From: an uncultured Hyphomicrobiales bacterium
Lineage (GTDB): Bacteria; Bacteroidota; Ignavibacteria; Kapaibacteriales; UBA2268
Length of the DNA: 64,000 nucleotides
Direction: 5' to 3'
Assembly (NCBI GenBank): GCA_964498585.1
Contig: CAZCHH010000001.1
Span: 35,513 to 99,512, forward strand
Below are positions 21,701 to 30,644 of the stretch, one piece after another (the first letter of the stretch is position 1; the number at the start of each line of letters is the position of its first letter). A program made the position numbers and the translations under genes. The notes beneath the pieces are model-generated. The model saw only the letters and a program-made list of their open reading frames with translations, did not search any database and was not told the origin of the DNA.

Positions 21701-22970
21701 AATAATCTATGATTTCAATAAAAATGGAATTAATGAGATTTGTTTTTCATCTTTTAACAATACTTTATGCTATGAATTTGATAAAAATAGCGACTCTCCA
21801 ACTCCACCTTTGGATTTAGATGGTTGGGTAGGTAATTCTTCAAATGTTTATTTGAAGTGGAATGGCTCAAGCGATGCTCAATATTACGAAATTTTTCAAG
21901 TATTAGAAAATAATGGAAATTATGAATTAATACCGATAGGAACAAGTGATACTACTCATTTTAACTTTATAGCTGAAGCAAATAAAAAACTAATGTTTGT
22001 TGTAACTGCATATAATGAAAATTTTTCAATTCCAAGAAGCAAATATTCTAATTTAAAATATATTTTAACATTTCCACAGATAGAGCCACTCAGCATTATT
22101 CCGGTTGATACAAATTCATTGCTAATTGAATTTTCAGGAAAGCTGCCGGGAAAGTTAATAGAAAATTCTATATTCTGGTTTAATATTAATGATGAAATAA
22201 TAATACCATATCAACTACTATTGGCAAACGACAGCAGTTATTTGGTATCATTTGAAAATATTTTGCCAAAAGGAGAGCATACAGTAGATATTTTAACCTT
22301 TCGGGATTTTTATGGAAATTGGTCAATAGAAAAAACTTTAAATTTCGTATGGACTTTACCACTAAATCCTATCGAAGAAATGTATTTAACAAAATTAAAT
22401 GCTATTTCCAATTATTATTTAGAATTGGAATTTTCAGCAGAAATAGAAAGAAATTCAGCAACAAATATAGATAACTATTATTTACATCCCAATGGAAAAA
22501 TAGAGCATATTTCATTAATTGAAAATAATCCCAAAACAGTTGCTATAGATTTATCCCCAACTGAAGCTATTGGAGCATTAGGAAAAACGTATTATTTAAC
22601 AGCAAAAAATGTAAACTCAACAGATGGAATTCCAATAACAAACGGAGCCGGCAATACATTATCTTTTATTTTTTCAACTAATAATTTAGATAACTGCTTC
22701 ATTTATCCAAATCCAATTAGATATAGCGAAAGAAATGATATTTATTTTGGAAATTTAACAAAATATGCTATAATAAAAATTTATGATTTAGAAGGTAAGT
22801 TATTAAAAACGATAGAAACAAGCGAACAAACAGGCGGAGCATACTGGAATGGACTTGATAAAAACAATCAAGAGTTAAAACCGGGAATTTATCTTTTTAA
22901 TGTTGTTGGTTATGATAAAAATAATAAAGAAATAGAATCGACATTAAAAAAATTTGCAATAATTCAATAA
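18705..22970 (+). CDS. Subtilisin-like S8 serine peptidase with a propeptide, multiple FG-GAP/VCBS-like repeats (integrin-alpha-type beta-propeller), FN3-like domains and a T9SS C-terminal sorting domain. The start is placed at the internal ATG that precedes the signal peptide.
   Basis: Catalytic triad contexts VGIIDTGID (Asp), HGTLVSGVIAA (His), GTSLAAPFVSAAAALL (Ser). Repeated D.D.DG..E motifs (FDINKDGKNEII, FEDIDNDGIFEL, SDIDNDGFKEIL, SGDVDDDNIDEII). C-terminal ..IYPNPIRYSERNDIYFGNL..KFAIIQ. Confidence 0.85.
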   Translation: MIKKYFKNTYIITILLFVIFGQAESKQIIVKYKNSSLSQQIYSIDNNSFKQEFLFQNVLNNFKKNDVNLSFDIQNQIKELSNYYILNIPENLNADSVLNLLQNDLSIESAEINNIYKVNQTEIAEPNDEYFKEQWGIAAVNCKNAWKKASGNGVLVGIIDTGIDYYHLDLVNQLWINSAEDLNKNGTFEPWHFTEVRNGITGDLNGIDDDGNGFTDDVIGYDFVDQQNANIGDYFERDPIPFDEMGHGTLVSGVIAAQSNNKIGISGIAYNSKIVTLRAFDATGNAETDDIASAIIYAALNRIKVLNFSFGDNVNSPLLHQAIKFANSLGCVMISSKGNNGWALPHFPSDYPEVIAVGSSTSSNYRDIRSNYGSNLSLLAPGSNIFTTNLNSSYKYASGTSLAAPFVSAAAALLFELDSSLSPNDIKGILEVTAKDIYDEGWDEETGNGILDIGKALNNITKIDISIITPLNFSGYNKDSIRSINVVGNITVPLFDSWEILIGESSNPKNWDILTDNNYEQQKNKVLATINIENLLDTTYTLQLLIKLKNGKSIQKRIVFSVYSKNSELEIKQVSKIMIWKDGKLTPAVSIFANYPVTSNLFLISDNDTLLYSKNSHLNSTQTFLISEGLSSFQGKAIIVAKRIDGKTISTEIDLSYENQVAPINSFNYLSTAFPSSYLLNQVSEIYNDKKPAVVVNDMPYNFWQSTKIYEYNEGNFNLKDSIDYSWIPVAVGKSEDGNTEILVKSSGKTFLFKSKSIGENPFASVAFRDTLNHNLWAAGLFDINKDGKNEIIAHSDSSFHIFSKINNEYKLNTSTPVNNNLIMLGTSPGFAFEDIDNDGIFELCHSNPSGNLFIYKYINNNLVLSFIDSLNYSNSSQNILTSDIDNDGFKEILILSYGSTSLYGIENGDNTVWSLRFYKKVEDIYKILHTEYFWDVKSGATSNGISFRNGIASGDVDDDNIDEIIVTTFPNLYVFKWNNEINKLNPIWYYPNAMSNSAIIYDFNKNGINEICFSSFNNTLCYEFDKNSDSPTPPLDLDGWVGNSSNVYLKWNGSSDAQYYEIFQVLENNGNYELIPIGTSDTTHFNFIAEANKKLMFVVTAYNENFSIPRSKYSNLKYILTFPQIEPLSIIPVDTNSLLIEFSGKLPGKLIENSIFWFNINDEIIIPYQLLLANDSSYLVSFENILPKGEHTVDILTFRDFYGNWSIEKTLNFVWTLPLNPIEEMYLTKLNAISNYYLELEFSAEIERNSATNIDNYYLHPNGKIEHISLIENNPKTVAIDLSPTEAIGALGKTYYLTAKNVNSTDGIPITNGAGNTLSFIFSTNNLDNCFIYPNPIRYSERNDIYFGNLTKYAIIKIYDLEGKLLKTIETSEQTGGAYWNGLDKNNQELKPGIYLFNVVGYDKNNKEIESTLKKFAIIQ

Positions 22971-23072
22971 AAATTGAATTTTTTTTAATAAAATAATAAA
23001 AGAATTATTATTTTATAAAATATTTTATTAATTTTGAAATTTATATAAAAAATATTTTATTTTAATATACTG

Positions 23073-24692
23073 GTGCCCCAAATGGATAATGTAGAAATTG
23101 TGAATACCACAAGCGAGAATGAATTAACAAATCAAGAAACCCAAGCAACACAACCAGAAACTTCTCAGGAAGCATCTTCTGAAGCTATGAATGAACAAGA
23201 AAGTAACATAGCAACTGAGGCAGCTCCTCAACCCGTTGTAACTGAGCAACCTGTTGTAACTGAGCAACCTGTTGTAACTGAGCAAGCAGAAAGTTCAGAA
23301 GTGAAAGAAAGCCCTGTTGCCGAAATTAAAGAAGGAGAAGATACTACGGTTCCTGTTGAAGTTGCTGCTAAATCTGAAATTGTTGAAACAGTTACTGAAA
23401 CTGCATCAGTTGAAGAAGATTTAGCTAAATTAAAAGATGTGGTAATTGAAACTGAACTTGAAGAAGTGGACAAGAAATCTGCAAGGCATCAGCATTTCGA
23501 AAATGTATATCAGCAGCTTAAATTAGCTAAAGAAAACAATGAAAGTATTGAAGTCTTTGTTAAAAGCAGAATAAAAGGTGGTTTACGCGTAATTTATAAG
23601 GAAATGCCTCTCTTTTTGCCAGCATCTCATTTTTCAATGAAAAGAATTCCTTTAGAGCAGGATTTAAGAGATGTTTGCGGAAAAACTATTGACGTAACAA
23701 TTCACGAGCTCGAAGAAAAAGAAGATGGAAGAAAAACTATTATCGTAAGTCGCAAACAACATCTTTTAAAGAACACCTGGGAAATATTAAATATTGGTGA
23801 TTTAATTGAAGGAAAAGTATCTTCAGTTACTTCTTTTGGTGTTTTTGTCGATATCGGTGGTGTAGAAGGGCTTATACACATATCACGTCTTTCTCAGGTA
23901 AGAACAGATGACCCATCAAAACTATTCAAACGCGGCGATACTATCCGTGCCGTTGTTGTAGAATTAGATAAAGAACGCGGAAGAATAGGACTTAGCAGAA
24001 AGGAAACCGAGGAATCACCTTGGCAAAATATTGAACAAGAATTTCCAGTCGGCTCTGTTCATTCCGGAAAAGTTCGCAGATTTACTGACTTCGGTGCCTA
24101 TTTAGAATTACGCCCAGGGATTGACGGACTTTTACGTACAGGTGAAATGTCTTGGACAAAAAGAGTTCGTAAGCCATCTGAATTGTTTAAAGTTGGTGAT
24201 TCTATTAACGTAAGTATTCTGTCTATTTCTGAAGAAAAACGTACTATATCTTTAAGCTTAAAACGAACACTACCAAATCCCTGGAAAGAAATTTCAGAAA
24301 AATACTCTGTCGGAAAAGAATTTGAAGGGATTGTTTCCTTTGTTATGCAAAAAGGTGCTATTGTTACTATTAACGATGAACTTGATGGTTTTATGCCCAG
24401 AAGCAAAATGAAAAATATGGGAAACGGAAATAAAATTCCTTATCAGGCAGGAGATAAAATTGCTGTTACTATAGCTGATATTGTACCTGATGAAGAATCC
24501 TTGATTTTAGCTCCTGTAAATGAAAAACCTGTTGCTTCTCATATCAATCAAGACAGACCTCAAAAAAGAGGTAATAAATCAACTAATTCTATTCCACAGG
24601 CGGATAAAGCTAAAGGAAACGAATCCGGTACTTTCACTTTTGGAGATATGCTTTCTGAACAAATGAAAGATTCTCTTATTATTCAACCCTAA
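23073..24692 (+). CDS. S1 RNA-binding domain protein (ribosomal protein S1-like, four S1 domains) with an N-terminal acidic low-complexity extension that includes a 3 x 18-bp tandem repeat (QPVVTE x3).
   Basis: S1-domain signatures, e.g. GDLIEGKVSSVTSFGVFVDIGGVEGLIHISRLS and GSVHSGKVRRFTDFGAYLEL; tandem DNA repeat at 23229..23282. Confidence 0.65.
   Translation: MPQMDNVEIVNTTSENELTNQETQATQPETSQEASSEAMNEQESNIATEAAPQPVVTEQPVVTEQPVVTEQAESSEVKESPVAEIKEGEDTTVPVEVAAKSEIVETVTETASVEEDLAKLKDVVIETELEEVDKKSARHQHFENVYQQLKLAKENNESIEVFVKSRIKGGLRVIYKEMPLFLPASHFSMKRIPLEQDLRDVCGKTIDVTIHELEEKEDGRKTIIVSRKQHLLKNTWEILNIGDLIEGKVSSVTSFGVFVDIGGVEGLIHISRLSQVRTDDPSKLFKRGDTIRAVVVELDKERGRIGLSRKETEESPWQNIEQEFPVGSVHSGKVRRFTDFGAYLELRPGIDGLLRTGEMSWTKRVRKPSELFKVGDSINVSILSISEEKRTISLSLKRTLPNPWKEISEKYSVGKEFEGIVSFVMQKGAIVTINDELDGFMPRSKMKNMGNGNKIPYQAGDKIAVTIADIVPDEESLILAPVNEKPVASHINQDRPQKRGNKSTNSIPQADKAKGNESGTFTFGDMLSEQMKDSLIIQP
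23229..23282 (+). repeat. Perfect or near-perfect 18-bp x3 tandem repeat (caac[cc]tgttgtaactgag) inside the S1-protein coding region.
   Basis: Direct reading; it encodes QPVVTE QPVVTE QPVVTE. Confidence 0.85.
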
Positions 24693-24763
24693 TAAGATAG
24701 TGAAACAAGTATTAACTTGTATAGTATAAACGGATTCTAATATTGAATAAATATTTTTTAAAA

Positions 24764-24808
24764 AAAGGGATAGTATTTAAAATGGACTTTATTTCTATCC
24801 CTTTTATA
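24764..24808 (+). terminator. Putative intrinsic terminator downstream of the S1-domain gene.
   Basis: Stem aaagggatag ... ctatcccttt followed by TAT-rich U-tract (cttttatat). Confidence 0.45.
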
Positions 24809-24892
24809 TAATATGATTTCTAGTTAAAATAGTAACTTATTAGATATTATTTTGTTATATTTGTTAAGAAGAAAATAATTATAGGAGATAAA

Positions 24893-27847
24893 ATGAAAAA
24901 CTTAAAATACTTTTTGGGAATTGTGTTATTATTATCAATAACATCAACTACTTTACTCAGCCAATATAGCAACGATAAAATTCCATACTATCTTGGTGTA
25001 CAGAGTATAGAAGCAAAAAATAAATTACAAAATTATAAGGAAGAATTACCAAGAAAAATATATCTTCCTCCGCAAAGACCGCCACAGGATAAATTCAATC
25101 AAAAAGGTCCAGATAGAATTTTAGGAGATAACGGAATTGAATTAATCAACATAACAAGTGCTGTAGGTGGACAAACTGAAACATGGATTTCTGTAAATCC
25201 AAATAATCCAAATTATATTATCGCCGGCTCTAACGATGACAGATACAACGGAAGATATGAAGGTTATCGAATGGGAGTATATTATTCTACAAATGGTGGA
25301 AAAAATTGGCTACAATCTGCAACACCAAGAAACCTCGATTATATTATTGGTGAACCTGCGAGCGGTGGCAACACAAACGTTGACCCCGGTTTCGCTTGGG
25401 ATTCAAAAGGTAATGCATATTATGCTTATGTTTATGCCCAAATTCGTGATGATGGAATGGGTGACAACGGCGTTTTCGTTGTTAAATCCTCTGATTACGG
25501 TGCTACTTGGGACGAAGAAATCGGTGTTGTTAATATTTCTTTACAGGGAACTGCCAATCAGCCATTGAACGATAAATGCTTTATTGCTGCAGACGCTAAT
25601 CCTAATTCACCATATAAAGACAGATTATATGTTGCATGGTTTTTATCTGGTGGTCCAAATCGTGGTATCGTAATGAAATATTCCGATAATTGGAATAATT
25701 GGGATGATTCACCTATTAGAGTTTTGCAAAATACTGGCTCTTTCCAATCACCCATTCCTGTTGTCGGACCTAATGGTGAGCTTTACGTCGCTTGGGAATC
25801 TGTTGAAGGTGATTATACAACAATATTTTTTCAGAAGTCAACAAATGGCGGCGAAACCTGGGCCTGGTCTTCTTCAAAGTCAGTCCAAAGAGTTAGAACC
25901 ACTGGAACACTTGTTGGATATAGAAAAGCATTAGCTGATAAACAAGCTATGAGAGTTTCTTCTCATCCTTATATGGCTGTTGACCAACGCAATGGTAATT
26001 TATATGTAGTCCAATCAGGAAAAGATGAACAATCTTTTTATGGTATATGGCTTGCTAAATCTACAAACGGTGGCGAAACCTGGAGCAGCAATATTAGAAT
26101 CGATAATAACGAGCTTGGTAATGATATGATAATGCCTTCTATTACTGTTGACCCAGTTACTGGTATAGTCGCAGTGCTTTACTACAGTTCCCAAAACGAT
26201 GAAAACAATACCGGCTTTGATGCGTATATTGCATATTCCAAAGATGGTGAGAATTTTAACCATGTTCGTTTGACTCCATCAACCTGGTATTTTACTAAAG
26301 CAGATGCTGTTGCTCATCAGACTTTAGAATCTTTAGGAAATTACTGGGGTGATTATACATCAATTACTTCATATAATGGAAAGATTTATCCTCTTTTCTG
26401 GATGCCATCATCACCAACTGGCAATTACTGGTCTAACGATGCTTATACTGCAATCATCTCTCCTGCACCAAAAGCACCAACTAATTTTATTGCTACACCC
26501 AGCACTGAGAATTTTAATGAAATTACTTTAAACTGGATTGACCCAACTCAGAATTTACTTTTTGAAGATTTAAAAGAATTTAATATTAAGGTTTACAGAG
26601 ACGGGCAGGAAATTGGTGAAGCTAATAAAGGAGCACAACTTTTTCTTGATGACAATGCCATAAATGGTGTTACATATCAATATTCAATTAAAGCTGTTAC
26701 TAACGATAGCTTTGAAAGTGATTTCGTTTATGTAAATGCTACTGCCGGTGGAGCTCTTGAACCAAATAAGCCAACCAATATTGTTGGAAGACCCATTACT
26801 GATGGTGTTAATTTGCAATGGTTAAATCCAGATAAACATATTGATAATACTTTTCTTCACGATTTAGATAAAGTAAATATTTATGTTGACGGTACTTTTT
26901 CAACAAGTATTTCAAAGGATGCTATAGTTCCCGGACAAATTTCTTCCTATTCAATTAATCTTCCAACAGAAAAGTTTTACAAAATAAAACTAACTGCTTT
27001 AACAAAAAGAGGAGAAATAATAACCGAAAGCCAATTTACAGAAGAAGTTCTATGCTATGCCGGCGCACCACTAACAGATTTATTAGAAAATTTTGATAGT
27101 GAATCATCTACTATCATTCCCTATTACACAAACGAGGGTTGGGGAATAACCGATACAATTGCTTTTTCATTACCAAATTGTATAACAGATTCTCCTCACG
27201 GTGATTATAAGAGCAATGCATATAATTACTTAATACTTCAACCGGTTGTTATACCTTCATCAACTCCAACTTTAAGCTTTGAGCATATTGCCAATATTCA
27301 TACTCAGGCAGGAGATTATGGCGTATTCTTCATTAGCGATGACTTTGGAACTACCTGGAAAGATTTAACCTGTTTCGATATGAGTATGTCAGAAAAATTT
27401 ACTGGTGATTTAAGCACAAGCGAATTTATCAGCTATCATAAAAGGTTAGATGATTATATTGGAGATACTCTTTATATTGCATTTAGAGTAGTTACAAGTG
27501 CATTCCTGGAAAGAGATGGCTGGTATATTGATGATATCAGACTAACAGACAATCCAAGCTCAATAGATGAAATCTGTAATTTGGAAAGAGGTCTTTCGTT
27601 AAAAGTATATCCAAATCCAGTATCGAATGATGCAACATTAAATTTCAGAATGCCAATAGCAGAAACTGCAGAAATAAAATTAATCGATATTATGGGTAAT
27701 GAAGTTTCAACAATAACAAATAGTTATTTTGAAGCAGGCGACCATTCCTTACCAATTAATTTGAATCAGTATCCACAGGGTATTTATTTCTGTAAATTAA
27801 ACGTTAATGGAATTAATGTAATTGAAAGAATTGTTGTAATTAAGTAA
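24893..27847 (+). CDS. Secreted BNR/Asp-box repeat protein (sialidase/glycosidase-like beta-propeller) with FN3-like domains and a T9SS C-terminal sorting domain.
   Basis: Asp-box motifs STNGGKNW, SSDYGATW, STNGGETW (x2), SKDGENF; signal peptide; C-terminal KVYPNPVSNDATLNF...IVVIK. Confidence 0.75.
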   Translation: MKNLKYFLGIVLLLSITSTTLLSQYSNDKIPYYLGVQSIEAKNKLQNYKEELPRKIYLPPQRPPQDKFNQKGPDRILGDNGIELINITSAVGGQTETWISVNPNNPNYIIAGSNDDRYNGRYEGYRMGVYYSTNGGKNWLQSATPRNLDYIIGEPASGGNTNVDPGFAWDSKGNAYYAYVYAQIRDDGMGDNGVFVVKSSDYGATWDEEIGVVNISLQGTANQPLNDKCFIAADANPNSPYKDRLYVAWFLSGGPNRGIVMKYSDNWNNWDDSPIRVLQNTGSFQSPIPVVGPNGELYVAWESVEGDYTTIFFQKSTNGGETWAWSSSKSVQRVRTTGTLVGYRKALADKQAMRVSSHPYMAVDQRNGNLYVVQSGKDEQSFYGIWLAKSTNGGETWSSNIRIDNNELGNDMIMPSITVDPVTGIVAVLYYSSQNDENNTGFDAYIAYSKDGENFNHVRLTPSTWYFTKADAVAHQTLESLGNYWGDYTSITSYNGKIYPLFWMPSSPTGNYWSNDAYTAIISPAPKAPTNFIATPSTENFNEITLNWIDPTQNLLFEDLKEFNIKVYRDGQEIGEANKGAQLFLDDNAINGVTYQYSIKAVTNDSFESDFVYVNATAGGALEPNKPTNIVGRPITDGVNLQWLNPDKHIDNTFLHDLDKVNIYVDGTFSTSISKDAIVPGQISSYSINLPTEKFYKIKLTALTKRGEIITESQFTEEVLCYAGAPLTDLLENFDSESSTIIPYYTNEGWGITDTIAFSLPNCITDSPHGDYKSNAYNYLILQPVVIPSSTPTLSFEHIANIHTQAGDYGVFFISDDFGTTWKDLTCFDMSMSEKFTGDLSTSEFISYHKRLDDYIGDTLYIAFRVVTSAFLERDGWYIDDIRLTDNPSSIDEICNLERGLSLKVYPNPVSNDATLNFRMPIAETAEIKLIDIMGNEVSTITNSYFEAGDHSLPINLNQYPQGIYFCKLNVNGINVIERIVVIK

Positions 27848-27852
27848 AAAAA

Positions 27853-27884
27853 TTTGATAATTACAAAAAAATATTATAATTTTG
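27853..27884 (+). promoter_or_regulatory. Putative Bacteroidota-type sigma-A promoter for rpsF: -33 TTTG (27853..27856), then a 20-nt spacer, then -7 TAATTTTG (27877..27884). A 5-prime-UTR hairpin (gtatcga..tcgatac, ~27897..27925) lies downstream.
   Basis: Match to the TTTG / TAnnTTTG consensus with canonical spacing, ~65 nt upstream of the rpsF ATG. Confidence 0.4.
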
Positions 27885-27951
27885 TATTCTTTTTACTTGC
27901 GTATCGAAAAATAAGAAAATCGATACAATTTAGAAATATTAAGGAGAAAAT

Positions 27952-28461
27952 ATGAACCAGAAGCGTTTGTATGAAACAACATTCATAATAAATGCAGCGC
28001 TTGACGACAGCGACATTGAATCGGTAATCAATAAGGTTATATCCTATATTGAAAATAATGGAGGCGAAATAACTGAAACTAATAAATGGGGACGTCGTCG
28101 CTTAGCTTATCCTATAAACAAAAAATACAATGGCTACTATGTTCATTTGGTTTTTGAGACGAAACCATCTGCAGTTCCTATATTAGAACGATTTCTCGTT
28201 CTTGAAGATACTGTGCTTCGACATTTAACTCTTATTTTACCCATTAAGTTGAGAGATTACCGTGCTAAAGTAGCTTTAGAGCAGGGTAGAACTTATGACT
28301 CAACTATTTATGATGTTGACCATAAATTAGATGCTAAAGACAATCACAAATCTGATGCTCAAAATGCTAAAGAAGATGTAAAAGAAGATGAACGCAAAGA
28401 AAGTGTTATGGTTGATGAAAGCAAGGATATTGAAGTTAATGAACAAGAAGCTATAGCTTAA
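27952..28461 (+). CDS. rpsF: 30S ribosomal protein S6 with an unusually long (~60 aa) acidic/Lys-rich C-terminal extension.
   Basis: MNQKRLYETTFIINAALDD..EITETNKWGRRRLAYPINKKYNGYYV is classic S6; 169 aa in total. Confidence 0.9.
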   Translation: MNQKRLYETTFIINAALDDSDIESVINKVISYIENNGGEITETNKWGRRRLAYPINKKYNGYYVHLVFETKPSAVPILERFLVLEDTVLRHLTLILPIKLRDYRAKVALEQGRTYDSTIYDVDHKLDAKDNHKSDAQNAKEDVKEDERKESVMVDESKDIEVNEQEAIA

Positions 28462-28493
28462 TTTTTCAGTGTAAGAAAATTGTAGGAATTATT

Positions 28494-28943
28494 ATGAAAA
28501 TCATTTTAAGAGAAAATGTTGAGAATCTCGGTCAAATTGGTGAGGTAGTTTCAGTAAAAAATGGTTATGCCCGAAATTATTTAATACCAAAATCATTAGC
28601 TTATTTTGCTACTCCAAAAGCTTTAAGAGCAATTGAATTGGAAAAAAAGCAATTTGCTAAAAAACAGGAAAAAGAAAAAGTTTTTGCTGAAGAATTAGCT
28701 GCCAAACTTAATGAATTGCAAATCAGCATTCCTATGAAAGCTGGCGATGAAAACAAACTTTATGGCTCTGTTACTTCTCAAATGATTGCTCAAAAGTTAA
28801 TTGAAAAAGGATTCGATATTGATAAACGCAATATCGTTTTAGATGATGCTATTAAATCTCTTGGGGTCTTCGATGTGAAAGTTCGTTTGCATACAGACGT
28901 TACCTCAAATCTAAAAATCTGGGTTATTAACGAAGAAGAATAA
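28494..28943 (+). CDS. rplI: 50S ribosomal protein L9.
   Basis: MKIILRENVENLGQIGEVVSVKNGYARNYLIPKSLA, the L9 N-domain signature. Confidence 0.9.
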   Translation: MKIILRENVENLGQIGEVVSVKNGYARNYLIPKSLAYFATPKALRAIELEKKQFAKKQEKEKVFAEELAAKLNELQISIPMKAGDENKLYGSVTSQMIAQKLIEKGFDIDKRNIVLDDAIKSLGVFDVKVRLHTDVTSNLKIWVINEEE

Positions 28944-29029
28944 CCGATCTTATATAGCTCGTAATAGTCAATTTTGGCAATGTTTGCTAATCAATTGAAT
29001 ATTATTATTAAAAAAGCATTTGCAACAAA

Positions 29030-29078
29030 CCTTCTTAAGTATTTTAGCTTAAGAAGGTATGCGATGCTTTTTTTTACT
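29030..29078 (+). terminator. Putative intrinsic terminator after rplI.
   Basis: 10-bp stem ccttcttaag/cttaagaagg followed by gcgatgcttttttttt. Confidence 0.55.
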
Positions 29079-29118
29079 TTCCTTCTTATGCAATTTTTTT
29101 TATTATATTAGAATAAAT

Positions 29119-29592
29119 ATGAAAAAATTTTTTTTTATTTTAATTTTCTTTACTTTTATTGCTTGCTCAGATGAAAAAGACGAACCTGTAGTTATAACAA
29201 AAACTGATACTGTGTATATCGAAAAAAATGTGAATCAACAAGATGTCAAAGACCAAAATACAGTTTATAAGCAAAATATTGAAGAAGCAAATACTGCAAA
29301 GGATTTTAAAGTTGAAAAGAAAAGTAAACAATCACCTAATCCTTACATTAATTCAAAAATAGAATTTAAGATTATTGATTCTGAAAATGGCACCTTCGGA
29401 TATGATATTTCTATTGACGGTAGAACATCAATTCATCAGCCAAGTATTCCCGGAATGCCGGGTAATAATGGTTTTCGAACAAAAGAACAAGCAGGAAAAA
29501 CAGCAAAATTTGTAATTCAAAAAATTCGCAATAATATAATGCCTCCAACTGTTACTATACAAGAGTTAGACAGCTTGAAGTTGTTAAAATAA
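29119..29592 (+). CDS. Small lipoprotein, DUF4907-like. The start is moved to the ATG in front of the lipoprotein signal peptide, because the longer ORF-track start overlaps the rplI terminator.
   Basis: MKKFFFILIFFTFIACSDE (lipobox IAC); FKIIDSENGTFGYDISIDGRTSIHQPSIPGMPGNNGFRTKEQAGKTAKFVIQKI resembles the DUF4907 pattern recalled from Bacteroides. Confidence 0.5.
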   Translation: MKKFFFILIFFTFIACSDEKDEPVVITKTDTVYIEKNVNQQDVKDQNTVYKQNIEEANTAKDFKVEKKSKQSPNPYINSKIEFKIIDSENGTFGYDISIDGRTSIHQPSIPGMPGNNGFRTKEQAGKTAKFVIQKIRNNIMPPTVTIQELDSLKLLK

Positions 29593-29612
29593 GATTATTT
29601 TATAAAAAATAT

Positions 29613-30353
29613 TTACTTTAAAAAATCATTTATTCTAACCAAATCTTCTCGCGTATCTATACTCATCAAATCAATATCTGTTTCTACGCATTTGTATTTA
29701 GCACCGGCTTGCATCAATCTTAGCTGTTCCAATTTCTCTGCTTTTTCAAGAGTGCTTTCCGGCAGAGTGCTAAACAACTCCAAACTTTCCTTCGTATATG
29801 CATAAATCCCAATATGCTTCCAAAAAGTAAATTCTTTTGTATAATCATTTTGAGAAATATCTCTTAAATGCGGAATGACACTTCTTGAAAAATAAAGTGC
29901 ATTGTTTTCTGAATCTGTAACAACCTTAACAACTGAAGGATTAAAGAGTTCGTCTTTATTTGCAATTTTTTTAATTAATGTTCCAACGTCTGCTTTACTT
30001 TGTGAAAATTCAGTTATCAATTTATCTATTGCATCGCTTGTTATAAGAGGTTCATCACCTTGAACATTAAGAAACAAATCATAATCAAGGTTGTAATGTT
30101 TCTTAGTATAGATAATACGGTCAGTTCCATTTGGCAAATCAGATGGAGATAGTAATGCTTCAGCACCGATTGTTTTGCAGTAGTTGCAAATTTCCTCGCT
30201 ATCAGTAGCAATAACAACTCGATTGACAAGTTTTGAGTTTGTTGCTGCTTCCCACACCCAACTGAGCATTGGTTTATTTTTAATGATTGCTAAAGGTTTG
30301 CCGGGAAGTCGCGTAGAAGCATATCTTGCAGGTATTATTCCTAATATTTTCAT
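29613..30353 (-). CDS. kdsB: 3-deoxy-manno-octulosonate cytidylyltransferase (CMP-KDO synthetase). Start set at the internal Met (MKILGIIPARYASTRLPGKPL).
   Basis: Canonical KdsB N-terminus IIPARYASTRLPGKPL and length. Confidence 0.9.
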   Translation of the reverse strand: MKILGIIPARYASTRLPGKPLAIIKNKPMLSWVWEAATNSKLVNRVVIATDSEEICNYCKTIGAEALLSPSDLPNGTDRIIYTKKHYNLDYDLFLNVQGDEPLITSDAIDKLITEFSQSKADVGTLIKKIANKDELFNPSVVKVVTDSENNALYFSRSVIPHLRDISQNDYTKEFTFWKHIGIYAYTKESLELFSTLPESTLEKAEKLEQLRLMQAGAKYKCVETDIDLMSIDTREDLVRINDFLK

Positions 30354-30413
30354 TTTAATTTTGATATAAAGTAAAAAAATAAGTAAAAATTTTTTTGAGA
30401 AGTTAAAAATTCT

Positions 30414-30547
30414 CATTCTGAGCTTAGCGAAGAAGCTCAGAATGAATCACTTTTTATAGCGCAAAAATATATATATTACATATACTTATAAAATATTTTG
30501 AAAAGTGAAGTCATCGGGTGACTGGCAGTCATCAGATGACTAAAAGT
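30414..30547. repeat. Repeat region just upstream of kdsB. It holds a perfect hairpin, cattctgagc-ttagcgaagaa-gctcagaatg (30414..30445), plus a gaagtcatcgggtgactggcagtcatcagatgac palindrome (30508..30547).
   Basis: Members of the two hairpin repeat families seen elsewhere in the window. Confidence 0.6.
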
Positions 30548-30644
30548 TAAGTTGTTGCACTATTTTATTTTAATCACAAATCTAATTCCTCACATATAAG
30601 TGGTTAGATAAGTTACTAAATATTCATTAAAAAAATCAAAAAAT

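Noticed and set aside
29059-29118. N-terminal 20-codon extension of ORF 29059..29592.
   Set aside because: It overlaps the rplI terminator hairpin. The internal ATG at 29119 gives a clean lipoprotein signal peptide with a lipobox.
30354-30416. N-terminal extension of the kdsB ORF (MRIFNFSKKFLLIFLLYIKIK).
   Set aside because: KdsB proteins begin at the IIPARYASTRLPGKPL motif. The extension runs into a perfect hairpin repeat.
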